Virus record (IMG/VR): IMGVR_UViG_3300027586_000003
Location: 41,002 to 105,001 of that record
Length of the DNA stretch: 64,000 nucleotides
Source: a virus
Direction: 5' to 3' (one strand)
The notes below the pieces were generated by a model, which was given only the letters and a program-made list of their open reading frames with translations, did no database searches and was not told the origin of the DNA. Made by a program: the position numbers and the translations under genes. How positions within the stretch are numbered: the first letter of the stretch is position 1; each line of letters begins with the position of its first letter. Below are positions 30,549 to 39,632 of this stretch, one piece after another.

Positions 30549-30911
30549 TCAGCCGGAATTAAAAAGCGAACTGCACTTCGGACGGTCAACCTGATGCGCA
30601 AACACCTTCAACCCGCCACGCTTCGCCTCCTGTATCAGCCCGTCAACATCCTCCCCGCTTCGCACCACAACCAAGGCGTCCGCATACGCAATCATCTGCC
30701 GCCGCTGAACTTGAGTCATCCGGTCACTGGCATCGTCTGACGGAAGCCGCCGAACAGGTATCCCGTGTTCCTCTGCCCACTGCTCGCCAAGCGCATCCTC
30801 TGCTGCGCAACCCAACACCACTTCCGACACCGCAAACGGATAAGCCATCATCGCCGCAAATACCTCTCGATACTCCGCCACGCCACCACAACCAGCGATG
30901 ATCGTTCGCAT
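30549..30911 (-). CDS. SLOG family (DUF2493/YspA-like) protein, possibly degenerate
   Basis: MRTIIAG...EVVLGCAAEDALGEQWA..HGIPV...MIAYADALVV. Confidence 0.7.
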   Translation of the reverse strand: MRTIIAGCGGVAEYREVFAAMMAYPFAVSEVVLGCAAEDALGEQWAEEHGIPVRRLPSDDASDRMTQVQRRQMIAYADALVVVRSGEDVDGLIQEAKRGGLKVFAHQVDRPKCSSLFNSG

Positions 30912-30992
30912 GGTTACGAAACCTCTTAGAATCAGCAACGTGGTCAAGAGGAAACGGTTGAACTTGTGCCGCGTTGACCGTTTCTAAAAAGC

Positions 30993-31027
30993 AAAAACCC
31001 CGGCTCCTTTCGGAAACCGGGGCTTTT
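30993..31027 (-). terminator. Rho-independent terminator after the major capsid gene
   Basis: Minus strand CCCCGGTTTCC-GAAA-GGAGCCGGGG-TTTTT. Confidence 0.85.
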
Positions 31028-31041
31028 GTTGAGATTTTCGC

Positions 31042-31971
31042 TTAGGAGGTGATGTTCAGTCGGACGGCGGCAGTCGAGTTTGTCACCTTGACATCCTCAC
31101 TCCAGTCAAACTTGGCGACTTCCACACGCCCGTCGTCGCGGACGTAGCTGCCCGGCACCATGTAGTTGTTGGTGAGGCGGAACGTCTTCATAAACGACGG
31201 GTCGCGGCGCGTGGGGTTAGCGCGGCGGGCGAAGATGAGGACGGTGGAATCCAGCACGAAGTTGATGTCTTCGGCGACGCCTTCGGGGGCGTTGTCATAC
31301 ACCATGTAGGACACGCGCACGTCAGGGGAGCCGAGGAACAGCGAGGACGCGGATTCCGGGGTGATGTTCGGGATGGCATTGCCGCCAGCCGTGGTGAAGC
31401 GAGCGCGGACGTTCGCCTGATTCTTGAAGATGCGAAACGCAGACGCACCGAACAGGACGCCGACACCCATGAGGGAGCCATACTTCGCGGCCTTGATGAC
31501 GGCGAGAACATAGGTGTCAATGTCGTTGACGGGGTCGGCGGACGAGTTCCACGTCTTGTCGGTTCCCGCTCCGATGCTGGAGAGCGCGGTATCCACGACA
31601 AGCTTTTCGTGGGCGAGGCCCGCGATTTCAGCGACGAGGGTGGCACCCTCTTCGAGCACGGATTCCAGCCCTTCAGCTTCAAGCTCTTCGAGGTTGTCCA
31701 CAGGGAAGTCGAGGGCGTGCGGGGCGCAATTATAGGTTGCGTCGGCGACGGCGAACGAGAGTTCCGTGGCGCGTCCACCGATGCCACGAAGGGTGGCGGG
31801 GATGCGGAAGCGGTTCTTCTCGGTGTATTGCTTGTAGCGGCCAACGCTGGCAGCGACAGGCACGGTGGGGGCGATGAAGTCGGCGACAGGCTGAACGCCT
31901 TCCTGAGCCGCGCCTTGCGCGTAATCACGAAGCATCTTGCTCTCACTGACGGATTGGAGACGTGTAGGCAT
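31042..31971 (-). CDS. Major capsid protein (HK97 fold, gpE-like)
   Basis: 309 aa; L.DYAQG...VADFIAPTVPV....GRYKQY pattern; order protease-scaffold-cement-capsid-adaptor; followed by a terminator. Confidence 0.85.
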   Translation of the reverse strand: MPTRLQSVSESKMLRDYAQGAAQEGVQPVADFIAPTVPVAASVGRYKQYTEKNRFRIPATLRGIGGRATELSFAVADATYNCAPHALDFPVDNLEELEAEGLESVLEEGATLVAEIAGLAHEKLVVDTALSSIGAGTDKTWNSSADPVNDIDTYVLAVIKAAKYGSLMGVGVLFGASAFRIFKNQANVRARFTTAGGNAIPNITPESASSLFLGSPDVRVSYMVYDNAPEGVAEDINFVLDSTVLIFARRANPTRRDPSFMKTFRLTNNYMVPGSYVRDDGRVEVAKFDWSEDVKVTNSTAAVRLNITS

Positions 31972-32013
31972 ATTTTGTTTTTGCTGGTTGTTTGGATTGA
32001 CTCGTCAGTATTA

Positions 32014-32439
32014 CTAGATAGTGACGTTGCCGATGTGAACCGGCAACACGTTGACAAGCTGGCCGTCAACGAAATCTTCGAGGGCGATGCCGATAACGGC
32101 ATAGGTGCCACTGGCACCGGGGATAGCGCGAACCTTGCCCGCGTCGGCGGCGGTCGCCGGGTCAGCGTTCACCAAGCGAACGCCAGCAGCACCAGTGCTC
32201 TTGGCCTTCACGCGAACCGAGCCGCCGGAGAAGATGGGGCGAAGGGTGGATTTCTCGCCAGCCCCGGCCCCGTCCTCAACCACGCACAGGGCGTTGTCGG
32301 TGATGGCGGCGGGAACAGCGGCGGTCGCGGCACTGGAGGCCGATGCGATGACGACGAGGTAGCCCTCTTTACCGGACAGAGAGGCCGTGCTGTTCACGGC
32401 AATCAGGCCCGACTGAGTGTTCGACATTGTGGGGGACAT
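32014..32439 (-). CDS. Capsid cement/decoration protein (DUF2190-like)
   Basis: Small Ala/Gly-rich protein, G.VRVKA...ADAGKVRA...VIGIALE, directly before the capsid gene. Confidence 0.75.
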   Translation of the reverse strand: MSPTMSNTQSGLIAVNSTASLSGKEGYLVVIASASSAATAAVPAAITDNALCVVEDGAGAGEKSTLRPIFSGGSVRVKAKSTGAAGVRLVNADPATAADAGKVRAIPGASGTYAVIGIALEDFVDGQLVNVLPVHIGNVTI

Positions 32440-32477
32440 ATTTTGGTTTGGTTTGTTCTGATTACGTGGACAGTGAG

Positions 32478-33062
32478 TTAAATGGAGTTTTTGATGGACA
32501 GTTCCGTGCGTGCCTTATGGAAGGCGTCTCGGTGAGCCATACCCTTGTTGGAAAGCTGAATCTCGGTTGTCCGGTTGCGAATCCACGCGCTGTCAGAGGC
32601 GGGCATGGTGGCAGCGGAATCGCCGACGATGGATGCCGGGAGAGCGGAACGGTTGCGATTATGCAACGGGGCGGACACGGTGGCGGTGTCAGCCGAAGGA
32701 GCAGCGGGAGCCGACTTCAGGCCGGTGAGGAACTTATACGTCGCATCACGGTTGGAAATCAGAGACTCCTTTACGGAGGCGGCGTCGCGGATGACCGACT
32801 TGAACGCTTCCACGTCGCGGTTGGCAAGCTCTTCGAGGAGGACAACCGTGCGGTTCTGGAGCGACACAATCCGCTCATTAGAAGCGGTCGTCTCAGCGTT
32901 TGCGACAGCGACTTCATCGCGTGCCTTGAGGATGGCATCGTCCATCTGCTCCTTGTAGCCGACCATATCCTTTTGGAAGGATGAGTTAGCCAAAGAGATT
33001 TCCTCGTCAGTGGCCGAATTCGCCAGACCGAGCAGACTGATAAGTTGTTCTTTGTGATTCAT
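32478..33062 (-). CDS. Scaffolding protein
   Basis: LLGL..SATDEEI motif of Mu-type scaffold regions; helical; C-terminal capsid-binding-like helix (HRDAFHKAR). Confidence 0.75.
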   Translation of the reverse strand: MNHKEQLISLLGLANSATDEEISLANSSFQKDMVGYKEQMDDAILKARDEVAVANAETTASNERIVSLQNRTVVLLEELANRDVEAFKSVIRDAASVKESLISNRDATYKFLTGLKSAPAAPSADTATVSAPLHNRNRSALPASIVGDSAATMPASDSAWIRNRTTEIQLSNKGMAHRDAFHKARTELSIKNSI

Positions 33063-33130
33063 ATATCGCGTTCGTTATTGCGGATGTAATTCAAGCCGCA
33101 TGGTTGTCAAAACAATTTTAAGAAATTTTT

Positions 33131-34351
33131 TCACCGTGAAATAGGAGTTAGACCCTTTAGGTTTGGCTCATTAGTCAAAGCTACTGAATCTAGCACCATT
33201 GGACGCAACTGGCCGTTGTCAAGTGTTTCGCAATTGCGCTTGAGCCATACTGGCGAGACGAGCCTATACCGCCCGCCGTTGACCGCCTTCTCGCCTACGT
33301 CTGTCCATCGCACCTGTCCCCACATACCGTCGTTACGCTTGGCAAGGTTTTCAATCCAGCCGCCCGCCTCCGATGGCTTATCGCCTGACTGAGAGAAGTG
33401 GTCAAAGTCCAGCAATGCTCCGGTGAAGTTTTTGTCGCTGGCCTTGCGGGCGGCAAAGTTCGCCACCATAGCGTCCACCGATTTTGCATCAATCAGTTGC
33501 ACCACGCCGGTTGGATGAGGATGGCTGCCGAACGGTGCAAGGTGAATCCAGCCGTCGGATGGAACACTGAATCGGTTGTTCAGCTTGCTCACGGCTTCAA
33601 CGCAGATGCCAAGCCGGACTTCGGATGTGTTTCCGTAAATGGTTTTACTCCGCAGCGGATACATCACCTTCACGCCTGACGAGTCTATCCTTTCCTCGTT
33701 GCTTTGAAGCGCGACTGGGATTCTCGTCCCCTTCGCGTAGGTGTCCACCCGGTATCCCTGCTTGTATTTTTCGCCTTCGTTAATCGTTCGATGCGTCTCG
33801 TCGGTTGTGACAGAGCTTAGAAGCGGGAGTTTCAAAGAGCGGCGGATGAAATCAGGAGTCGGTATCCCGTGGTCGTCTGTCGGAGCACTCACGAACTTGC
33901 CATCACTCATGTATTGCCAAACGGGTTGCTTGGTTTCCGGGTTCCACGTTCTGACGGATAAATTAGCCCGGTCAAAATCGGAAATGTCATGCGAACCTTC
34001 ACCGCCGACATGGCATTGATGACCGTCAGGGATGTGCGAGTCGCCGCACGGCTGCCCGTTCGCCAAAGCCTGCTCACCGCTCAGGCTGTGCATCGGAGCC
34101 ACCGTGTCGCCCTGTTCCTGTTTCGTAGCGTCTTCCGTAGCAGCGGAATCAATCTCCATCCGGGGAACGGTCTTCTGCCGCTCCCGATACTCACGCTGCT
34201 TCGCTGACGCCGTGATGCGGGCCAAACGGTCAGGGGTCAGGTTGTGCTGCCCAACGGCTACCTTCTTGGCGGTGACGTGCTGAGAGACACGGGCACGCGA
34301 CGGCGCGGCGGTCGTCTTGGTGCTGGCACGGTTGAAGAGTTTGTAGAACAT
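33131..34351 (-). CDS. Prohead protease (Mu gpI-like) with ~250-aa N-terminal extension carrying a tag
   Basis: WIHLAPFG...LLDFDH...AGGWI..L..R.DGMWGQVRWT..G...V..GRYRLVSP...VALTNEPNL at the C-terminus. Confidence 0.88.
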   Translation of the reverse strand: MFYKLFNRASTKTTAAPSRARVSQHVTAKKVAVGQHNLTPDRLARITASAKQREYRERQKTVPRMEIDSAATEDATKQEQGDTVAPMHSLSGEQALANGQPCGDSHIPDGHQCHVGGEGSHDISDFDRANLSVRTWNPETKQPVWQYMSDGKFVSAPTDDHGIPTPDFIRRSLKLPLLSSVTTDETHRTINEGEKYKQGYRVDTYAKGTRIPVALQSNEERIDSSGVKVMYPLRSKTIYGNTSEVRLGICVEAVSKLNNRFSVPSDGWIHLAPFGSHPHPTGVVQLIDAKSVDAMVANFAARKASDKNFTGALLDFDHFSQSGDKPSEAGGWIENLAKRNDGMWGQVRWTDVGEKAVNGGRYRLVSPVWLKRNCETLDNGQLRPMVLDSVALTNEPNLKGLTPISR

Positions 34352-34354
34352 GGG

Positions 34355-36640
34355 CTACTCGTGCTTTTTTTGCCACTTCTCGCCAGCAATGCGTCGGCGT
34401 TCAATCATCTTACGAAATTGTGGTGAGCGAACACGGGCGTCCATCGCTGCCCGCTCTTCAGCGGTTCCAACTTGAACTGGCAGATGTTCGACTTTCACCA
34501 CCTTATGCAACTTCTCATTGCTCCGCTCAAACGGCCTGCCGAGATAATGCTTCTCCACATCTTCCTTAGTGCCGTTTATTTCTGTGGCGAAACTGTCGCC
34601 GCTGTCAAAGTGAACCTTCACGGCCCGGCGTTTGAAAACAGCGTCGTCCACGGAGGCTGGCGTTGCGGATTCTCCGACACGGCACGTCAGACCGGCTGCG
34701 ATGTGCGAGTCGCCGCAGGGCTGTCCACCGGCACCAGCGTTCACAATCGTTTCGAGCGGTTCTGTGACGGAGCGGTTCTCGTGCTTTTCTTGCCATTTCT
34801 TACCAGCAATGCGTCGGCGTTCAATCATCTTGCGAAATTGTGGCGAGCGAACGCGGGCGTCCATCGCGGCCTGTTCAGCCGCAGTTCCAACTTGAACTGC
34901 CGATGGGCCGGGACTCGCTGTTGGCGGAGCCGCAACGGGCGCAATGTCACGCGCCTTCTTGCCCTGTTCGTAAAACTGCCGCATCCGCCGAAACGCAATC
35001 TCTGTCATTTTGTCTGATTCAATCTCGCCTCGCTCTGTCGGCTCGCCTGTAACGGCGCGGTCGTAGCGGCGTCTCTCGTCCACCGACAAGAACCGCTTGA
35101 ATGATGAGGCGTTGGCGGGAAGCGCAGCCTCAACCGGGTCGGTATCAATGTCATCGCCGCCAAGCGAAAGATGATGAACACCATCGCCATTACGCCGCGT
35201 CTCCCAAGATTTCCTCACACCCTCGCTCGTTCCCGCATTCGCTATCTTTTCCCGGTCTTTGTTCAGCACTTTGAAAACTTCTCCAACCCCTTCGAGGGAC
35301 TCAACGTGCAGGAAAAGTTCCGGCAGCTTTCTAGCCTCATTTGGCTCGGCGCGGCCAGCGGCCAATACGTGTCCAGCCCCATACTTTTTGGCAGTGAATG
35401 TCTCCCTGCCAGACCGCTCAACCAATGCCTTTTGAGTCTTGCTAAGGCGGCACGTCAGACCGGCTGCGATGTGCGAGTCGCCGCACGGCTGTCCGCCAGC
35501 ACCCGCATTCACCATCGCCTCCAGCGCATCATGGTAGCGGTTAGCGTAACCCGGACGGTCACGCTCAACCATGTGGTCAATCGTCTCCATCAGGTTGTCG
35601 GCATACACGTCGTCGCGCTTGCCCTGCGGCTTCCACTGGCCCATCCGCACCTTGCCAGTTTCAACCATATAAGTGTCGTTCGCCATGAGGCGCACCTTCA
35701 CGATGCCGTGACCGAGCTTGCCGCCGTTGACTTTGAACTGAACGCCGCCCCTCTGGTAGCCGCCGTCCGGTGTCGAGCCAGCGGGCATGATGGTAAGATT
35801 TCTGGTGCCCCACGCCATTATAGCACTGCGGTCGGTGGCTTTGATTTGGTCAATAATCGTGGTGGCTATGTAGCGTTCCTCGTGCTTTTGATCGGTATCG
35901 GAATTAGGGGTTGTCTTCGGCTCGCTCTGATACGTTGGACGGGAACCGTCCCCGACACGGCATTGATGCCCATCGGGAATGTGCGAGTCGCCGCAGGGTT
36001 GAGAATTTGAATAGCGGCGAGGAGGTGGCAAGTCGGCGGATAGGTATTTCCCATATTTAGGGTGAGTTTTCTCCGAAATGATAACAGCACGCTTGTCGCC
36101 GTCACGTAATCGGTCAATACGCGACGATGAAGCATGAATCTCAACAATCTGGCCGTTAAACTTAACGTATTTCGCCCCATCCCCGAGAATTACCGCATCT
36201 ATGCGAGCAATCTGTTTTGACGACTCTTGTGGAGCCGCGCCTTGACCGACACGGCATTGATGCCCGTCGGGGATGTGGCTGTCGCCGCAGGGCTGTGAGT
36301 TGAACAGGCTGCCGACGCTGTTGCTAACCGAGTGCGAGTCCTTCCACATCTTCCGCTCCTTGATTTCCTCACCAACCTTGGCGAGTCCTTCAAGCGAGTT
36401 CGGGTCATCCTTCGTGACGAGTGCGCTCTCCGAAAGTGACGCGAGACGCGAGTTTCGCATTGCGCTCATTGCCGCCCGGTAGCCGCCGTTCTCCATCTCT
36501 TCATCGTCGTCACCTTCATAGTCGTTGACGATCTTGGTGTCATAGTCGTTGACAATCTTGGTGTCGGCGGCTTGCTCGTCGTCGGCCTCACACTTGGCGC
36601 AGCCGCACCCGCCGTTAAACAGTTTGTAGAACTGTGTCAT
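34355..36640 (-). CDS. Modular head-region polyprotein (761 aa) with 4 C-x10-C tags and small cargo domains
   Basis: NSQPCGDSHIPDGHQCRVG x2, NAGAGGQPCGDSHIAAGLTCR x2, NAGTSEGVRKSWETRR; internal ~40-aa duplication (34360-34480 / 34780-34900). Confidence 0.8.
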   Translation of the reverse strand: MTQFYKLFNGGCGCAKCEADDEQAADTKIVNDYDTKIVNDYEGDDDEEMENGGYRAAMSAMRNSRLASLSESALVTKDDPNSLEGLAKVGEEIKERKMWKDSHSVSNSVGSLFNSQPCGDSHIPDGHQCRVGQGAAPQESSKQIARIDAVILGDGAKYVKFNGQIVEIHASSSRIDRLRDGDKRAVIISEKTHPKYGKYLSADLPPPRRYSNSQPCGDSHIPDGHQCRVGDGSRPTYQSEPKTTPNSDTDQKHEERYIATTIIDQIKATDRSAIMAWGTRNLTIMPAGSTPDGGYQRGGVQFKVNGGKLGHGIVKVRLMANDTYMVETGKVRMGQWKPQGKRDDVYADNLMETIDHMVERDRPGYANRYHDALEAMVNAGAGGQPCGDSHIAAGLTCRLSKTQKALVERSGRETFTAKKYGAGHVLAAGRAEPNEARKLPELFLHVESLEGVGEVFKVLNKDREKIANAGTSEGVRKSWETRRNGDGVHHLSLGGDDIDTDPVEAALPANASSFKRFLSVDERRRYDRAVTGEPTERGEIESDKMTEIAFRRMRQFYEQGKKARDIAPVAAPPTASPGPSAVQVGTAAEQAAMDARVRSPQFRKMIERRRIAGKKWQEKHENRSVTEPLETIVNAGAGGQPCGDSHIAAGLTCRVGESATPASVDDAVFKRRAVKVHFDSGDSFATEINGTKEDVEKHYLGRPFERSNEKLHKVVKVEHLPVQVGTAEERAAMDARVRSPQFRKMIERRRIAGEKWQKKHE

Positions 36641-36643
36641 AGC

Positions 36644-38203
36644 TCAGTTTTGTTCATCCATCCACTCCTCGTATTGCTCACGAAGGTCGTCCGGCAGCGT
36701 TTCCCCGTTGCTGGCATAGTCCGCTACTTCATCCAGCATCTCTTGAACGTCGTGCTGGTAGTTCTTCAGCAGACCGCCACGGAAGCTGTTGAGCAGCGCA
36801 CCGTAGGCACGGTTTCCGAGCGATGATGCGTGCGCGGCCTTGGCCTTCACCAGTGCGGGGTGATACTTGCTGTGAATCTCCTTGAGAATGGATTCAGCCT
36901 TGGCCTTGAGTGCGTTCTGCGCCTCAGTGCCATCGCCGAAGTCACGGGCGCGGGCGTAGTAAGCCTTAGCGCGGGACACGTTCTGACCGATGAGGCCGTT
37001 CGCCTTGTCCGGCTCGCTGCCCTTGCCGTATTTCTCGCGGATGCCGCCGGGCTTCGTCACTGGCTCGTAGCCGTGGATGGTGTGGAAATCTTCGCCACGG
37101 GAATTCTTCTCGAAGTCCGCATTCGGTTTCCAAGAACCCGCTGCAATCGCGGTGTGAACGTCCTTCGGCAAATCCAGTTCGATGTTCTTCTGCCCATCAA
37201 GCTGACCTTGGATTGTCAACTTGACGTGCTTGCCGCTGCCGCTTTCGTGGTCGAACGTGTCGCCAGCACGGACGCCGCCGCGACGGGTCAGCCAACCTTC
37301 GTGTGCGCCTTCGGAGTTGCCTGCGTTCTCCACGCCGTCTTTCTTCCACGGCGGAACCCACGCTTTCTTGCCGTCTTTATCCTCTTCATCGCCGTCATCG
37401 TTCGGGCCTTTGCCGTCTTTGTGTTCCGGCTCTTTCTTGGCGTCGTCTTTTATGTCGCCAAGGGAGTTTTGGCCCTTCTTGAACAGCACGAACTCGCCGT
37501 TTGCCATCTTTTTGTTCGCGCCTTCACCTTCTTTTTCTTCGTCTATTCCGCCATCCTTCGCATCCTCTTCTTTATCTTTGGACTCGTCTGCCGCGATGTC
37601 GCCAAGGGAGTTCTGCCCTTTCTTGAACAGCTTGAACTCGCCGTTCGCCAGCGCGTCGGCGGGCTTCGTGGCGGCGGCGAGCTTGTTGGCGAGGGTGTCG
37701 GCGTCGGGCTGTGCTGAATTTTTATATGCCGGAGTCGCCCCACCTTTCACAAGCCTCGCTTTCAAAGTTGGGTGCATCTTCGTTGCGTCATGCGGGAAAT
37801 CCCAAGTGGACGACCTTGGGTGAACTGGGTTGGAGTAGGTCTCGTTGTCCGCGTGAAGGTATTGAACCCCGTCCTTGTGTTTCTTAATCAAGGGAGGCCC
37901 GTCGCCGTTTGATGCGTCCACAACCCGCTTATTCGCATCCTCGCTTCCTGCCCACTTCACATACTCTTCCAACCGCTTCCTTTGCTCAGGAAATTCTTTC
38001 GGGTCATTGGCTGCGATGCTGGCGCGAACACTGGCAACCGTGTCTTTTGGCTGTAATCCGCCACCTCCCGCCCGCCGCGTCTCCCAGCCTTTCAGCGCAC
38101 CTTCCGACGTGCCGTTCACCAGCGCAAGGTCGGAAGCCCGCTTGGCCGCAAGGCTGTTTCCGTGGTTGCGTCCGTTGCTTACCGAAAAAGGAGTGCGCTT
38201 CAT
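36644..38203 (-). CDS. Charged low-complexity head-region polyprotein (519 aa)
   Basis: NGTSEGALKGWETRR / NAGNSEGAHEGWLTRR; duplicated ANGEF.LFKKGQNSLGDI; first gene of the head operon. Confidence 0.75.
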   Translation of the reverse strand: MKRTPFSVSNGRNHGNSLAAKRASDLALVNGTSEGALKGWETRRAGGGGLQPKDTVASVRASIAANDPKEFPEQRKRLEEYVKWAGSEDANKRVVDASNGDGPPLIKKHKDGVQYLHADNETYSNPVHPRSSTWDFPHDATKMHPTLKARLVKGGATPAYKNSAQPDADTLANKLAAATKPADALANGEFKLFKKGQNSLGDIAADESKDKEEDAKDGGIDEEKEGEGANKKMANGEFVLFKKGQNSLGDIKDDAKKEPEHKDGKGPNDDGDEEDKDGKKAWVPPWKKDGVENAGNSEGAHEGWLTRRGGVRAGDTFDHESGSGKHVKLTIQGQLDGQKNIELDLPKDVHTAIAAGSWKPNADFEKNSRGEDFHTIHGYEPVTKPGGIREKYGKGSEPDKANGLIGQNVSRAKAYYARARDFGDGTEAQNALKAKAESILKEIHSKYHPALVKAKAAHASSLGNRAYGALLNSFRGGLLKNYQHDVQEMLDEVADYASNGETLPDDLREQYEEWMDEQN

Positions 38204-38271
38204 AGGTAGCGCACACGTAACTTTACCGCCATCGTTTGCAAGCGCAAAACGTCAGGCGACCGTCGGCAGGT

Positions 38272-39246
38272 TCATGCAGCTACCAAAGCCCTCGCCACGG
38301 TCAACGCCCGATACTTCACCTTGGCACCGTTGCCCCACCAGACGTGCTCCAAGCGGCGGCTGGACTTGTCTTCGGCGTAGTAGGGCCGGTAGTCCTCGTA
38401 TTCGGTCACGGCATTGTAAGCCGCCCACAGCGTCCCGCGCACCCCGCGCTCGGCGTTGCCCCGGCCAGTCTCGAAAAGCTGCGTCAGCTTGTCCTCCGCA
38501 CGCCACCCGGTTAAGGCTGGACGCTGATACACCTTACGGAAGTATGCGTTTACCGTTTCTGCATTCAGGTTTACGCCCGCCATGCCGGTGAACAGTTCGC
38601 CCGCTTTCTCGAAAGTGTTGACCGCAGTTTCCATGATGCGTGACGCCGCTGCGACGTTCTCCGCTACGTTCAGCCGGTGACGACTGCCGCCGAACGCTTC
38701 GTAATCGCTGAGTGCCAGCCGCAGCGTATTCTCGCAGCAGACTCGGACGCCCGTGAAGCCGTATAGAACACGGGATTGACCGTCGTGCGAGTTCGACAAC
38801 AGCGCATACTTCCGCACCACGTCGTCTCGCTTCACCCGAATCTCGCCCGCTAGTCGCACCAACGCCCACACGCGCCGACCGCCATGAAGCGAGCCTGCCG
38901 TTTCATAACAGCCGCCATGCTCCCGCAGAATCGGGTCAAAGAAGGCGAAGGCGTCCCGGTTTTGAAAGGACGTATAGTGATTGCCGACCACCCCCACTGC
39001 CCGCTCGGTGTCCATCCGCACGTTGACGAACGCACTTGCGACTGTCTCGTGCCCGCCCGTGCGCTTGAACAGCACGGGACGCTTCTCGACGCTCCAGTTC
39101 AGCCCGGCGGCGTCAATCGCAAGGCTGCTGTCTCGGCAGTTGTCGCCGATGTCCAGCCCTAGCCCGTGCCACGCTGGCTGCGTGTTAAAGGCCATTGTCT
39201 CGACGCCGCCACTGGCGGTCGGTGTTGCTTGTGTTTGTCTTGGCAT
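38272..39246 (-). CDS. DUF932 family phage/plasmid protein
   Basis: PAWHGLG...AGLNWSVEK...YETAGSLHGGRRVW...NSHDG...RVCCENTL...GTLWAAYNAVTEY. Confidence 0.88.
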   Translation of the reverse strand: MPRQTQATPTASGGVETMAFNTQPAWHGLGLDIGDNCRDSSLAIDAAGLNWSVEKRPVLFKRTGGHETVASAFVNVRMDTERAVGVVGNHYTSFQNRDAFAFFDPILREHGGCYETAGSLHGGRRVWALVRLAGEIRVKRDDVVRKYALLSNSHDGQSRVLYGFTGVRVCCENTLRLALSDYEAFGGSRHRLNVAENVAAASRIMETAVNTFEKAGELFTGMAGVNLNAETVNAYFRKVYQRPALTGWRAEDKLTQLFETGRGNAERGVRGTLWAAYNAVTEYEDYRPYYAEDKSSRRLEHVWWGNGAKVKYRALTVARALVAA

Positions 39247-39251
39247 AATGG

Positions 39252-39620
39252 TTATCGGTCAGCCGCAGTGTCAGCGAAGTGTTCAGTCCGGCACGTATCA
39301 TCTTCCGGCTCACGGTCTGGCGGCTCCGGGCCGTCGTCATCCGCACCCGCCAAGCTCTCACGGGCCGCTTCCTCCAAGGCTTCCTTGCATCGTGCAGGAA
39401 TGAAATCCCATTCAAGCTCTGTGCCGTCATCCTTGCGAGTGACCTTGATGATTTCAACCTCGTCCGGTTCCTCCGGGTGTCCGGGGTCGCCGTTGCGGAG
39501 ATACATGACCGCCGCATGGCCGGGCCAATAGTTCGCCTCCACGTTGACCTCGACCTCGACACACTCAGTCTCCGTGTCAACGAGCGTCAGCGTCATTCCA
39601 AATTGCAGTTTGCGTTTCAT
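39252..39620 (-). CDS. Acidic hypothetical protein
   Basis: 122 aa, NGDPGHPEEPDEVEI motif. Confidence 0.65.
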   Translation of the reverse strand: MKRKLQFGMTLTLVDTETECVEVEVNVEANYWPGHAAVMYLRNGDPGHPEEPDEVEIIKVTRKDDGTELEWDFIPARCKEALEEAARESLAGADDDGPEPPDREPEDDTCRTEHFADTAADR

Positions 39621-39632
39621 TTCAGTGTTTGG

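Noticed and set aside
31188-32481. Long alternative ORFs over the capsid genes (31188-32117 -, 31609-32481 +)
   Set aside because: Ser/Pro/Arg-rich off-frame products expected from strong GC3 codon bias.
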